Shown: positions 19,010 through 28,944 of the stretch, one piece after another | How positions within the stretch are numbered: the first letter of the stretch is position 1 | How the letters are laid out: every line of letters begins with the position of its first letter | Source of the DNA: a bacterium | GTDB taxonomy: Bacteria > Patescibacteriota > Minisyncoccia > Moranbacterales > UBA9337 | Assembly (NCBI GenBank): GCA_021159185.1 | Contig: JAGGSH010000011.1 | Coordinates: 12,307 to 76,306, forward strand | Reading direction: 5' to 3' | Length of the DNA stretch: 64,000 nt | Position numbers and translations under genes: made by a program | The notes under the pieces: generated by a model | What the model was told of the DNA's origin: nothing | Seen by the model: only the letters and a program-made list of their open reading frames with translations | Databases searched by the model: none

Positions 19010-19188
19010 ATGTCATTCCGGAATTTTTTCTGAAACGCAGCGGAAGAAAAAATATCCGGAATCTAGAATTAATTTACAAAACTTTCTTTATGTCATTCCC
19101 GACTTGATTGGGAATCTTTCTTTTGTTTTACGCGTAGATTCCGGATAAATTTCTCTGTTGCTACTCCGAAATTTTCCGGAATGACAAC
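19010..19188. repeat. Family-1 MITE-like elements (two adjacent units plus the tacgcgtagattccggata...ttccggaatgaca unit)
   Basis: tgtcattccggaat..., tgtcattcccgacttgattgggaatc, and cgcgtagattccggataaatttctctgttgctactccgaaattttccggaatgaca. Confidence 0.7.
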
Positions 19189-19197
19189 GACATTGTA

Positions 19198-20178
19198 CTA
19201 CGCTTTTTCCATCCCGGGAACTTTTTCTTCAGCAATTTTATTTTCCAATTCACTGCCAACCTCTTCAGATTTAAGAGCGGCGATTTCTTGAAAAAACAAA
19301 AGCCATGCTGTTTGGCGAAAAGCCGTTACGGCTGAGCTTAATAAGAAAGCGATTAAAATAAAAATTAGTATTCCCAAAACCGCCGTAATAAAAATTCCCA
19401 CCTTAGCTAGGATGAAATATAAAACTAATCCTATCAAAATAAACACAAGCGCCAATGGCAGAATTAGCATAATTATGGCAATGCCCGCTATTATTCCGAT
19501 AGCCAATAAAAGCAATGCCATAATCAGGCTGGGTAATGTATTTTTGCGGAAAACTTGATAAGCGTTTTCTATGGATGATTTAATCCCGGATTTAGCCAGC
19601 ACCAGGTAAAAATAAGCGTACTTTTTCAGAAATGAAACTAGGATTATTAAAGGAATGAAAATCAGAATTGCCAGAATTAATAACAGTGAAGCGGCAATGT
19701 AAGACTTTACATGAAATAGAAACACAACCGGAAGGAAAAGAACAATTAATATTCCAAACGTAAAAAATCCTAAAATCAGATCAATCGCCAAAAGTTTCCA
19801 AAAATATTTCCGTCCTTTCTTAAATCCAATGGAAAAATTTGACTTTCCGCCCTTTTTTATACTACTTACCGATTTGATTATAGCCGCCTGGCTGATTATT
19901 CTCAATACCAAAAGAGCGATTGCAATGGCAGTTAAAATAATCAATCCCGCCGCTATCCATTCAAAATGACCGTTTATAAAACTCAAAATCTCTTCTTTGC
20001 CCGCTTTCGTTTTTTCTTCCCATTTCCCATTATTGTTCATTGGCAACTGGAAATTAGAGCTCCCTCCTCCGCCTAAAGCGATAAAAAAACCAAACCACCA
20101 AAGATATTTATTGTTCCAAATAATTTGCCAAGCGTCTTTGATAATTGCCAAATATTTTATTTCTTTTTTCTTATTCAT
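19198..20178 (-). CDS. Hypothetical polytopic membrane protein (~6 TM, Gly-zipper-like segments)
   Basis: Start set to the internal MNKKKEIKYL at 20178, because the longer track ORF extends into the MITE at 20199-20284. No recognised family. Confidence 0.45.
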   Translation of the reverse strand: MNKKKEIKYLAIIKDAWQIIWNNKYLWWFGFFIALGGGGSSNFQLPMNNNGKWEEKTKAGKEEILSFINGHFEWIAAGLIILTAIAIALLVLRIISQAAIIKSVSSIKKGGKSNFSIGFKKGRKYFWKLLAIDLILGFFTFGILIVLFLPVVFLFHVKSYIAASLLLILAILIFIPLIILVSFLKKYAYFYLVLAKSGIKSSIENAYQVFRKNTLPSLIMALLLLAIGIIAGIAIIMLILPLALVFILIGLVLYFILAKVGIFITAVLGILIFILIAFLLSSAVTAFRQTAWLLFFQEIAALKSEEVGSELENKIAEEKVPGMEKA

Positions 20179-20198
20179 TTTTTCGCATTCTTCTAGTT

Positions 20199-20284
20199 TG
20201 TCATTCCCGACTTGATCGGGAATCCAGAATGAAATCACTGACTTCAAAAATTACTCTAGATTCCCGCCTGCGCGGGAATGACAT
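20199..20284. repeat. Family-1 MITE-like element (canonical ~85-bp unit)
   Basis: gtcattcccgacttgatcgggaatccagaatgaaatcactgacttcaaaaattactctagattcccgcctgcgcgggaatgacat. Confidence 0.75.
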
Positions 20285-20321
20285 AAAAGCGTAATTTTCT
20301 TATCAAGTGTGTAATTTCTAA

Positions 20322-22154
20322 TTATGAATTATGGCTTATAGCTTCACCCACCAACTTATCAAACTCTTCTTTTTCAATAGTTTCTTTTTTCAGCAAAGTC
20401 TCGGCGATTTTATTTAAAATCCCCCTTTTTTCATTAATAATTTTTTCCGCAGTTTGCCTGGCCTCTTCAAGAAAGCGGGAAACTTCCATGTCAATTTCCA
20501 AAGCGGTTTGCTCTGAGTAATCTTTTTCTTCGCTAATTTCCTTTCCTAGAAAAACTAACTCTTCTTTCTTGCCGAAAGTTCTGGGACCGAGCCGGCTCAT
20601 TCCATAACGAGTAATAAGATTTCTGGCCATGTGAGTGGCTCTTTCCAGATCGTTAGACGCGCCCGTAGTTATATCACTGAACACGATTTTTTCGCTCACA
20701 TATCCTCCCAGCAAGATAGCCAGCTCATCAATAAAATAAGCTCTGGACTGGAGATACTTGTCTTCAGTGGGAACAGCCATAGTATATCCTCCCGCCTTGC
20801 CGCGGGAAATAATGGAAACTTTTTGAATCGGGTCGGCGTGAGAAAGGCTGGCGGTTACCAAAGCGTGTCCGGCTTCGTGATAAGCCACTATTTTCTTCTC
20901 TTCTTTACTCATTATTTTACTTTTGCGTTCCGGCCCCATAATAACTTTTTCAATAGATTCTTTTAACTCTTTTATTCCTATAGTTTTTTTCTCCCGGCGC
21001 GCGCTAAGTATAGCCGCTTCATTAACAAGATTGGCCAAATCCGCTCCGGAAAAACCGGGAGTGCGTTGAGCAATAACTTTTAGCTCCACTCCTTTTCTTA
21101 AGGGTTTGTTCTTGGCGTGAATTCTAAGAATGGCTTCTCTCTCCTTAATATCGGGAAGATCTATAACCACTCTTCTGTCAAACCTTCCCGGACGCAAAAG
21201 CGCTGGATCTAAAACATCGGGGCGGTTAGTGGCTGCCATTACAATTACATTAGTGTCAGTTTCAAATCCATCCATTTCCACCAAAATTTGATTTAAGGTT
21301 TGTTCTCGTTCGTCATGTCCGCCGCCCAGACCGGCTCCGCGATGCCGCCCCACCGCGTCAATTTCATCAATAAATACGATAGACGGAGCGTTTTTTTTGG
21401 CCTTCTTGAAAAGATCGCGCACGCGGGAAGCTCCCACGCCCACAAACATTTCCACAAACTCGGATCCGCTGATATTAAAGAATGGAACTTCAGCCTCTCC
21501 CGCTACTGCTTTCGCCATTAAAGTTTTTCCCGTTCCCGGCGGTCCCAATAAAAGCACGCCCTTGGGAATTTTAGCGCCGACAGCCAGAAATTTTTTGGGA
21601 TGTTTTAAAAATTCAACGACTTCCAATAATTCTTCCTTAGCTTCTTTAGCTCCAGCAACATCTTTAAAGGTAGTTTTCTTCTTTTTGTCTTTGGGGTCGG
21701 TCATTCTAGCGCGGCTCATCCCGAAAGAGAGCGCTTGAGTATTCCCTCTTTGAGCTTGGCGCATCATAAACCAGATAAATCCGGCAATTAAAATGAATGG
21801 CAGTAAAAATGGCAAAATAAGCCCCGCCCAAACGGCGGCGGAAGATTCTTTCTTTACCTCAACTTTTACGCCTTTGAGTTTTTCTTTATCCACGCCGTAA
21901 TTATCCAACGATTCGCCTAGAGAACTTTCCATTTCTTTGCTTGTTTTTTCTTTTTCTCCATTATTAAGTTCAATTTTCAGCTCATTTCCCTCAATAATAA
22001 TTTCTTTTACTGCTCCCTCATTTATCTGGCTAACCAACTGGCTTAATGAGGTATCTTCATATTTCTGGGCGGGCGCGTTATAAAGCACCAGTATTCCCGA
22101 AACAAACAAAAAAAACAAAATAATTAATCCTATATTTTTTAATAATTTATCCAT
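20322..22154 (-). CDS. ftsH: ATP-dependent zinc metalloprotease FtsH
   Basis: Two N-terminal TM, Walker [19 protein letters not shown], a second region of homology, and the HEAGHALV zinc motif. Confidence 0.95.
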   Translation of the reverse strand: MDKLLKNIGLIILFFLFVSGILVLYNAPAQKYEDTSLSQLVSQINEGAVKEIIIEGNELKIELNNGEKEKTSKEMESSLGESLDNYGVDKEKLKGVKVEVKKESSAAVWAGLILPFLLPFILIAGFIWFMMRQAQRGNTQALSFGMSRARMTDPKDKKKKTTFKDVAGAKEAKEELLEVVEFLKHPKKFLAVGAKIPKGVLLLGPPGTGKTLMAKAVAGEAEVPFFNISGSEFVEMFVGVGASRVRDLFKKAKKNAPSIVFIDEIDAVGRHRGAGLGGGHDEREQTLNQILVEMDGFETDTNVIVMAATNRPDVLDPALLRPGRFDRRVVIDLPDIKEREAILRIHAKNKPLRKGVELKVIAQRTPGFSGADLANLVNEAAILSARREKKTIGIKELKESIEKVIMGPERKSKIMSKEEKKIVAYHEAGHALVTASLSHADPIQKVSIISRGKAGGYTMAVPTEDKYLQSRAYFIDELAILLGGYVSEKIVFSDITTGASNDLERATHMARNLITRYGMSRLGPRTFGKKEELVFLGKEISEEKDYSEQTALEIDMEVSRFLEEARQTAEKIINEKRGILNKIAETLLKKETIEKEEFDKLVGEAISHNS

Positions 22155-22244
22155 TATATTATCTTAATTTTCTCTATATCCTCTCCTCCTTTACTAAGGG
22201 GGAGATGTCCGTAGGACAGAGGGGGTTTCTTAAATTTAAAAAAT

Positions 22245-23306
22245 CTACATTTTCACTACGCTCACTTTATCACCTTTCTTTTCTATTTTCAACCCTTTGA
22301 ATTCTATTCTTTGAATTTTACTTTTTTTACTTTCAATTATTTTAATAATTTCTTCAATGTGGCAGGTCTCAATGTCGGTTAAATCTGCTCTGATCTGAAA
22401 AATCATCTGGCGCAAAACTTGCCTTTGCATTGCCGGATGTAATTTTTGAAATTTTCCCGCGCTAAAAATAATTTTATCCGTCTTAGTCGCATTTATTTGT
22501 TTAATCATTCGCTTCCCATTCGCGGACAAGCAATCATAATCGTCAGCGACAATCAGCGACATATTAGCTAAAGTTTTTTTAATATTAGGATTGTAATTTT
22601 TTTCCAGATAAGGAATTAACCGATGGCGGATTTTATTGCGGGAGATCTTAATATCTTTATTGGTAATGTCAGTTTGATATTTTAATTTATTTTCTTTAAG
22701 ATATTCTAAAATTTCTTTTCGGCTTGTATTTAACAACGGACGAATAATAATATTCTCCCCCTCCCCTTTGGGGAGAGGGCTGGGGTGAGGGGTTTTCGGT
22801 CTCATAACTGCCAACCCTTGCAATCCTGCTCCTCGCAAAACCCGCATCAAAACCGTTTCGGCTTGGTCGTCCCGATTATGCGCCACCGCGATTAAATTAT
22901 ATTTTTTTCTTTTCCTAATTTTCTCAAAAAAATCATACCGAATCTCCCGCAACCAATTCTCCAAATTCTCCCCCTTTGGAAAAGGGGGGTTAGGGGGGAT
23001 TTGAAAAACCTTCGCATTCTCGTAAATTTTATTTTTCGCAATACTTAAAACGCTAACCCCCAACTCGTACTTTCCTGCCAACTCTCTCACAAACTCCTCA
23101 TCCCTATCCGAATCCTTTCCCCGCAAACCGTAATTCACATGGGCAATGTATAATTTAAAATTATATTTAGGCGCCAGCTTTACCAAAATATCCAAAAGAC
23201 AGGCGCTGTCCGGCCCGCCCGAAACACCGACAATAATCCTTGAGCCTTCCTCCCAAAGCCCATACCGCCCGGAAAAACTTTGAATTTTTTTAACCAAACT
23301 TTTCAT
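22245..23306 (-). CDS. tilS: tRNA(Ile)-lysidine synthetase TilS with two in-frame repeat-derived insertions
   Basis: PP-loop IIVGVSGGPDSACLLDIL and HNRDDQAETVLMRVLRGAGLQGLAVMRP. The inserted segments IPPNPPFPKGENLENW and KTPHPSPLPKGEGENII are encoded by family-2 repeats at 22965-23012 and 22741-22800. Confidence 0.85.
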   Translation of the reverse strand: MKSLVKKIQSFSGRYGLWEEGSRIIVGVSGGPDSACLLDILVKLAPKYNFKLYIAHVNYGLRGKDSDRDEEFVRELAGKYELGVSVLSIAKNKIYENAKVFQIPPNPPFPKGENLENWLREIRYDFFEKIRKRKKYNLIAVAHNRDDQAETVLMRVLRGAGLQGLAVMRPKTPHPSPLPKGEGENIIIRPLLNTSRKEILEYLKENKLKYQTDITNKDIKISRNKIRHRLIPYLEKNYNPNIKKTLANMSLIVADDYDCLSANGKRMIKQINATKTDKIIFSAGKFQKLHPAMQRQVLRQMIFQIRADLTDIETCHIEEIIKIIESKKSKIQRIEFKGLKIEKKGDKVSVVKM

Positions 23307-23430
23307 TTTGTGTTTTTTCTATCTACCGCTACTGCGCGATCGCGCAGTAGCGGTAGATAGAATTAAGCCGGATAAGTTAATTTTAGAGGCATCTATAGAT
23401 GCCTCTATTCTCTATTTTAAATCTCTGATT

Positions 23431-23991
23431 TTATTTCAGATCGTTTTTGATAATCTTTGCCACTTTTAAAACTGTTTCATCTAACTTTCCCTCTTCATTC
23501 TCCACGCTATAATCAAAAGCGTTTTTGTTTTTCGTCCAGCCTTGGGCGTACTTTATTCTTTTTTGTATAAATTTTTCCGAAACTCTGCCTCTGTTTCTGA
23601 TCCTTTTTTCAATAATATCCAAAGGAGCGTTAATCAATATGGCTGGTATTTCCGGCATCATTTTTTTCAGGTTCAGCACTCCCTTATAATCAACTTTCCA
23701 GATGACAATCTTTTCACTATTTCTGGCGCGCTTAATTTCTTTATGAGTCACGCCGTAAAAATTATTATTGTCTTCTTCCGCCCATTCAAAAAAATCCCCG
23801 TTCTTTACGCCTTTTTTAAATTCTTCTTTGGGAATGAAATAATAAGGCCGGCCTTGGGATTCTCCCGGGCGCATTTCCCGCGTGGTAGTGGTGATAACCC
23901 TTTCAATGTCAAGATATTTTTTCAATCCTTTAATGACGGAATCTTCCCCCGCGCCGGACGGACCGGAAATGATAAAAACGTTGGATTTCAT
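23431..23991 (-). CDS. gmk: Guanylate kinase homolog with a degenerate P-loop (GPSGAGEDS instead of GxSGxGKxT)
   Basis: ITTTTREMRPGESQGRPYYFI and FFEWAEEDNNNFYGVT align with the GMK GMP-binding region, but the Walker-A Lys and Ser/Thr are replaced by Glu and Asp. Confidence 0.7.
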   Translation of the reverse strand: MKSNVFIISGPSGAGEDSVIKGLKKYLDIERVITTTTREMRPGESQGRPYYFIPKEEFKKGVKNGDFFEWAEEDNNNFYGVTHKEIKRARNSEKIVIWKVDYKGVLNLKKMMPEIPAILINAPLDIIEKRIRNRGRVSEKFIQKRIKYAQGWTKNKNAFDYSVENEEGKLDETVLKVAKIIKNDLK

Positions 23992-24075
23992 ATTTTTTAT
24001 TTGCTTTAATTTTAAATTATTTCTATAATCTGATTATAGCCATAATTTTCTAAAAAAGGCAAAAGCTATAGTTTT

Positions 24076-24618
24076 TTGTATATGTATAACCTTGAAAAAA
24101 ATACTTTTAAACAAAATTACAATGCGTATGATAACGCATATGTAAAAAATAGCAGTGAGAAAATCTGGGAAAAATTTAAAAAAGGACTAAATAATGAAAA
24201 AGAGAAGAAGTTAACGGAATTTGAAAAAGAAATAAAAAAGGGGGTGCCGTTTGAAGATGCTGACGATGTAGTGGAAGAAGTAAGAAGAATTGTTCCCCCT
24301 ATATTGTCCGTTCCCAAGAAATACTTTAATAAGATAAAAAGCAAAGGTTTTATAGAGCCGAAGCCGGACTGGACTGGATATAGATCAGTAGCGGCTGTAT
24401 TGGGAAGATCCCCCTATACTCCAAAAAATGAAGAAAGGATTTATTTTAAATTAAGCCCTCAAGTTAAGGTTGAACCTAGGTTTATGCCTAAAAATAAAAT
24501 AAGGAAAACAACAAGCGAACTAAATAAAGATGACGCGATGTTTTACGGAGTAGTTCTTGTTTCAGACGATCAAAAACGGCTTCGTTTAGGACATGACTTA
24601 AAACAAATCAGCAATTAA
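24076..24618 (+). CDS. Hypothetical protein (180 aa)
   Basis: ORF in AT-rich host-like codon usage with no recognised motif. Confidence 0.4.
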   Translation: MYMYNLEKNTFKQNYNAYDNAYVKNSSEKIWEKFKKGLNNEKEKKLTEFEKEIKKGVPFEDADDVVEEVRRIVPPILSVPKKYFNKIKSKGFIEPKPDWTGYRSVAAVLGRSPYTPKNEERIYFKLSPQVKVEPRFMPKNKIRKTTSELNKDDAMFYGVVLVSDDQKRLRLGHDLKQISN

Positions 24619-24640
24619 AAGCGCGATATTTCATATAAAT

Positions 24641-26158
24641 TTACTTAGCGCTTTTTTTATTTTTTTCTGGCTTTGCTAGATCTGGCGTAGCCAGACTTTT
24701 CTTTTCTCCTGCCTTTTTCTCTATGACTTTCTTTACTTTTTTCTTTTCCTCTTTCTTTCTTGCTTTCTTACTTACTGCCTGTTGCTTATCGCTTACTTCT
24801 TTATGCTTACTTTCTGCTTCTTTCTTCTTACTGCTCTTATCTTTAACCAGCGCCAATCCCATCCTATGATTTTTCGGCTCTATAGAAAGAATTTTCCATT
24901 GGTAGGATTCGCCTTCTTTTATCACATCGTCCATTCTTTTGCCGGGATACATTTCCTGAAACTCGCTCACATGCGCCAGTCCGTGTATGTTTTTGTCCAG
25001 ATATACAAAAACTCCGAAGCGGTTAATTTTATCCACTTTGCCTTTCACAACATTGCCTGTCTCATATTTCTTTTCAATATTTTCCCATGGGTCTTTTTCC
25101 AGCGCTTTTAAAGAAAGAGAAACGCGCATGTTATTAATTCCAATAATCTGGGCCTTAACTATGTCTCCTTTTTTTATAACCTCTCTTGGGTCATTAATTA
25201 ATTGCCATGCTAATTCTGAAATATGCACCAGCCCCTCCAGTTTATCATCTTCTTTGCCTGAATCTTTTTTGGATGGAGGAAAAAATTTCACAAAAGCTCC
25301 GAAGTCTACTACTCCGCTCACTTCGCCCTCAACGATATCCCCCGCTTTCATTTTGGCGACAGTTTCTTTCTCTTCACTGCTCATAACCGCTTTCTCGCTA
25401 ACAATCAGTTTTTCCTCATCCCTGTCAGCGCTGATGATTTTTACTTTGAGCTCGCGGCCGATTAAATTTTTAAGCATTTCCAAAATTCTGCTCTTGCTCC
25501 CGTCTTCCACGCGGGGATAATTTTTGCTGGATAACTGGGACACGGGCAAAAAGCTTGATATTCCGTTAATTTCAACTATTAATCCTCCTCTGTTAGCGTC
25601 AAGCACTTTCGTAATAATTGTTTTTTGGGCGTCTCTTTTGTATTCTATGTCTTCCCAAGCTTTTTCATAAGAAGCTTCTCTAACGGAAAGTTCCATATAA
25701 CCGCTTTCATCTCCTAAACTAGTTAAAGTCGCGCTGACCGTATCGCCTTCTTTTATTTTCCCGTCAATATTCAATCCGTCTTTCATTTCTTTTCCTAAAA
25801 CTATTCCTGTTCCCAATGGGCCTAAATCAAGCAAGATATAGCTAGAGGAAATTTCAATCACCTTTCCTTCCAAAACATCTCCCACTTCCGGAATTTCTAT
25901 AGGATTCTCTTTCAGTAATTCTTCCATAGAAAGTTCATTTTTCCCTTTCTTGCCTGCCTGCCGGCGAGGCAGGCTTTTTTCAGACGAGCTTTTTTTTACT
26001 TTTACTTTTACTTTTACTTTCTTTTTCTTTATGCTTGTTTCTTGCTTCTTTTTCCTTCCCAGTTCTCGCTTCTCGCTTACTTCTTTTTTCTTCCCGCTTA
26101 TTTCTATTTTATCCACCTCTTCCGCCAGTTTGTCTAAAATGTTTTTTTTGCCAGCCAT
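24641..26158 (-). CDS. rpsA: 30S ribosomal protein S1-like, multiple S1 domains with Lys-rich terminal extensions
   Basis: Four or more S1 repeats (GDVLEGKVIEIS..., GDIVEGEVSGVVDFGAFV, GDIVKAQIIGIN..., GNVVKGKVDKINRFGVFV). The N-terminal region contains an in-frame 27-bp GC hairpin repeat. Confidence 0.8.
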   Translation of the reverse strand: MAGKKNILDKLAEEVDKIEISGKKKEVSEKRELGRKKKQETSIKKKKVKVKVKVKKSSSEKSLPRRQAGKKGKNELSMEELLKENPIEIPEVGDVLEGKVIEISSSYILLDLGPLGTGIVLGKEMKDGLNIDGKIKEGDTVSATLTSLGDESGYMELSVREASYEKAWEDIEYKRDAQKTIITKVLDANRGGLIVEINGISSFLPVSQLSSKNYPRVEDGSKSRILEMLKNLIGRELKVKIISADRDEEKLIVSEKAVMSSEEKETVAKMKAGDIVEGEVSGVVDFGAFVKFFPPSKKDSGKEDDKLEGLVHISELAWQLINDPREVIKKGDIVKAQIIGINNMRVSLSLKALEKDPWENIEKKYETGNVVKGKVDKINRFGVFVYLDKNIHGLAHVSEFQEMYPGKRMDDVIKEGESYQWKILSIEPKNHRMGLALVKDKSSKKKEAESKHKEVSDKQQAVSKKARKKEEKKKVKKVIEKKAGEKKSLATPDLAKPEKNKKSAK

Positions 26159-26554
26159 TTTATTGATTTTAATGCTTAAGCGGAAACGCTGACCGCTTTC
26201 TTAAATAATTAACAGCGTTTTTTCTTTTTAGCCCCCTTTCCCTTCGGGAGAGGATTAAAGTGAAAGTTCTTTTAATCAGCCTTTCCTTTTGCGAAAGGGT
26301 TGCAGGGCTTTATTAAAACAAAAAATTCCCTACCAAATAGGAAACTATCAAGAAAACTGAAAAGATTAATTCCATTTCTCATATTCCCTTTTCTTTTTAT
26401 TAAAGGAGGGATTAAGAGAAGGTTCATCTTTGCTTATTCAATTTTCTTAATAATTACGCTATTTAAGAGTGTATCTTATAAATTTATTTTTGGCAAGAGC
26501 TGTTTAAAATGATAGAATATCAACAGAGATTAATAAATTAATTTTTTAAAATTT

Positions 26555-27304
26555 ATGTTAGAAAAAGAACTTCAAGAAATCGGGCTTAATGAAAAAGAAG
26601 CCAAAGTTTATTTAGCTTCTTTGGAATTAGGGCAGTCCACTGTCCAAAAAATCTCCCAAAAAGCGGGAGTTAACCGGGCCACCGCCTATTTTATAATTGA
26701 AAGCCTGGCGAGAAAAGGACTCGTAAGCAGTTTTCATCAGAACAAAAAACAATTTTTCATCGCTGCCGATCCAAACAGGTTAAGCGAGCTTTTAGAACAA
26801 CAAAAAGAAAATATCAAGAAGAATGAAAAAAAGCTAAAAGAACTTCTTCCTCAGCTGCAATCAATGGATGCTAAGCAAAAAAATCGTCCGGTGGTTAAAT
26901 ATTATGAAGGGAAAGAAGGCCTTATTTCAATACAAGAGGAATTTCTTAAGTCAAGAAAGGGCATTGCGAGCATGGCTTATTCTGTTGACGCTGTAAATAG
27001 AGTATTTACAAACAATGAAATGTCTAGATTTAGAAGAAAAAGATTAAATAAGGATATTAAAAATAAAGTTATTTATACTTACAAAAAAGGTATTTTAGAA
27101 AGCGACAAAACTAGTAAAAGAAAAAAGGTGCCTTTTAGTAAATTTCCCATAACTTGTGATATAGCGATTTACGATAACAAGATAAGGCTTGCGTCGCTGG
27201 GAAAAAGATTGACAGGTATTATTATAGAAGATAAGGAATTGGCAGATTCAATGAAAGCAATTTTTAATTTAGCCTGGGAAGCTGCGGAAAAATACCAAAA
27301 ATAA
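26555..27304 (+). CDS. TrmB-family (winged-HTH) transcriptional regulator
   Basis: The N-terminus LQEIGLNEKEAKVYLASLELGQSTVQKISQKAGVNRATAYFIIESLARKGLVS matches the TrmB HTH domain. Confidence 0.6.
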   Translation: MLEKELQEIGLNEKEAKVYLASLELGQSTVQKISQKAGVNRATAYFIIESLARKGLVSSFHQNKKQFFIAADPNRLSELLEQQKENIKKNEKKLKELLPQLQSMDAKQKNRPVVKYYEGKEGLISIQEEFLKSRKGIASMAYSVDAVNRVFTNNEMSRFRRKRLNKDIKNKVIYTYKKGILESDKTSKRKKVPFSKFPITCDIAIYDNKIRLASLGKRLTGIIIEDKELADSMKAIFNLAWEAAEKYQK

Positions 27305-27578
27305 AAGGGCATCTGAATCTATATCTATTGATCCTGATGCCCATTTTTCCTTTGTCGCCGGCTATTTATTACCGGCAACACTAACAAGATAACCTCCTAG
27401 TCGCACACTTCTTTGTTCCTCCTTTTTTTAGATTTTTCGGGAGCATTCACAAGAGAATGTTTCAAGTTTTTCCTCCTACTAAGCGACGGCTTTAAAAGTC
27501 CGCCGCTTTTCGGCCGGCCAAACTCTCTACAAGTCTCCCATGGTTGACCCCTCCCCCGTAAAAGAACTGCTTTGGATG
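27300..27578 (-). ncRNA. Candidate ~280-nt structured non-coding RNA of unknown class, on the minus strand
   Basis: Flanked by a consensus-like promoter (TTGACA, 17 bp, TAGTAT at 27613-27585 on the minus strand) and the terminator at 27307-27348. It is GC-rich and hairpin-rich, for example ccggtaataaatagccgg and ggccggccgaaaagcggcgg. No ORF over 60 aa. Checked by eye against RNase P, tmRNA, SRP and 6S signatures without a match. Confidence 0.25.
27307..27348. terminator. Bidirectional rho-independent terminator (gggcatc...gatgccc with T-runs on both strands)
   Basis: Hairpin directly after the stop at 27304. The reverse complement is also followed by TTTTATTTTT. Confidence 0.5.
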
Positions 27579-27584
27579 TTTATG

Positions 27585-27613
27585 ATACTAGCAGATTAAA
27601 CAACTTTTGTCAA
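27585..27613 (-). promoter_or_regulatory. Sigma-70-like promoter (TTGACA, 17 bp, TAGTAT) on the minus strand
   Basis: The reverse complement reads ttgacaaaagttgtttaatctgctagtat. Confidence 0.45.
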
Positions 27614-27891
27614 CAGCCGTAAACATTTTTTTAGAATTTCTCAATTTATTCTTAAAATAAAGGAAAAGAGCTAAAAATTTATTTTTGAATAAGATTAACA
27701 AATAAATTATCCATACTAATATACTTTTTTTTATTTTTAGCATTTATATGCTATCGCTTATAAGTGCTAACTAGATAGTTTCCATTTAGCATCTTAAAAT
27801 AAAGTCTGCCTATTTAAACAAGATTTATTTTTGTTCTTTTCTTTATATAAAGCAAGAATTAGGAATTATCAAAATTAAGTGTTAAAAGGGC

Positions 27892-27919
27892 TTGACAAAT
27901 TTTGCCAGTCTGCTATACT
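27892..27919 (+). promoter_or_regulatory. Sigma-70-like promoter TTGACAAATTTT...TATACT, near-identical to the one at 56940-56967
   Basis: cttgacaaattttgccagtctgctatactgg. It drives a leader of about 790 nt upstream of the small-ORF operon. Confidence 0.5.
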
Positions 27920-28716
27920 GGCCTAACGCTGAAAAAGAGAGAAGTTCCTCAAGTTAAAAAGATAGTAATATTTTTCCAACACTGAATAACGCGCTGCTGA
28001 TCTGAAAACGGAAACAGCAAAAAACAGTCAGCCAAGCCGGTTATTTGGTTGAACGCGATCCTTAAAGAATTTGTCAGGCTTTAAATAAATTTATAATTGG
28101 CCTTAACAGAGCGAAAAAGGATTTAGCTCAAAAGGACGAAGTATTATTTTTTAATCCGGTAACATCGTGAAATTCCAGAACATTAACAATTTAACCCTCG
28201 CTTTTTTCCGTTAATTCCTAGCGGGAAGAAGCGAGGGATCCCTCTAAAACTTTGTAAGTAGAGCGTCTCAAGAAATTTGGATAAGGCGTATTTTCCAGCG
28301 AAGTTTTTACGCCCAATTGGCTCAAATTATTATTTGCGAAGTTTTAGAGGGAGGATAAGAAACGACGCAATTATCCTACCTGCAACTACCTCTGTATTGT
28401 TTGGAAAGTTAACAAACAATATAAGTAGAAATGGCAATGTGCCATGGCAAACAATGGGGCGATAGTCTGTTGTTTGTCTCAGTTTTCTGGATAGAAAAAA
28501 CTATCGGCCAGAAAACTGAATTGCGTTGTGGCTTACGAGCGGCGCCGTTGCCAAGTTCGCTCATTGCTTTTTTTAAAAACGCTGCCATGGGAACACAGCG
28601 TAAAGAAGCCGCTTTGAATTAAAAAGGTTTCATGTTCCCCTTTTTAAAAATTCCATAATTTTTTTGTGGAATTTTAGAGGGAAGTAAAAAATTCAAAAAA
28701 AGGAGAAGCAAAAAAA

Positions 28717-28944
28717 ATGAAAAACAAAAGCGCAAGCATTATTATGAGGAAAAGCTTTATTGGGATCATAATCTCATTATTAAGAGAGGACGATCTCGAA
28801 GCAGCCCAACTCATGGGCTACTGGGGTGCAGAGGGCAATGAGGAGGAGTACGATAAGTGCTTCGAGCGCTCTGAAAAACTTGAAACGGTCATCAGGCTCC
28901 TCGGTGAGTTATACCTCGAGGAGAAAAAGGAGGAGATGTCATGA
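28717..28944 (+). CDS. Small acidic hypothetical protein (75 aa), first gene of a foreign-like small-ORF operon
   Basis: Strong SD (aaaaaggagaagc). Codon usage is GAG/CTC/TAC/GGC-rich, unlike host genes. Its stop overlaps the next gene's start (ATGA). Confidence 0.5.
   Translation: MKNKSASIIMRKSFIGIIISLLREDDLEAAQLMGYWGAEGNEEEYDKCFERSEKLETVIRLLGELYLEEKKEEMS

Noticed and set aside
28240-28682. Possible CRISPR repeats or tracrRNA (gttttagaggga occurring three times, reminiscent of type II repeat starts)
   Set aside because: Only three copies, one of them inverted, with irregular spacing (about 100 and 330 bp), no spacer-repeat periodicity and no cas gene nearby. Treated as a regulatory or structural motif instead.
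27300-28716. RNase P RNA, tmRNA, SRP RNA or 6S RNA in the ORF-free region
   Set aside because: None of these signatures could be found on either strand by eye: GGAAAGUCCGGGCUCC / ACAGAAxCCGGCUUA for RNase P, GGGG...UUCGAC 5' and GGUUCGAxUCC...CCACCA 3' ends for tmRNA, or the GGAAGCAGCCA SRP domain IV. The class is therefore left open.
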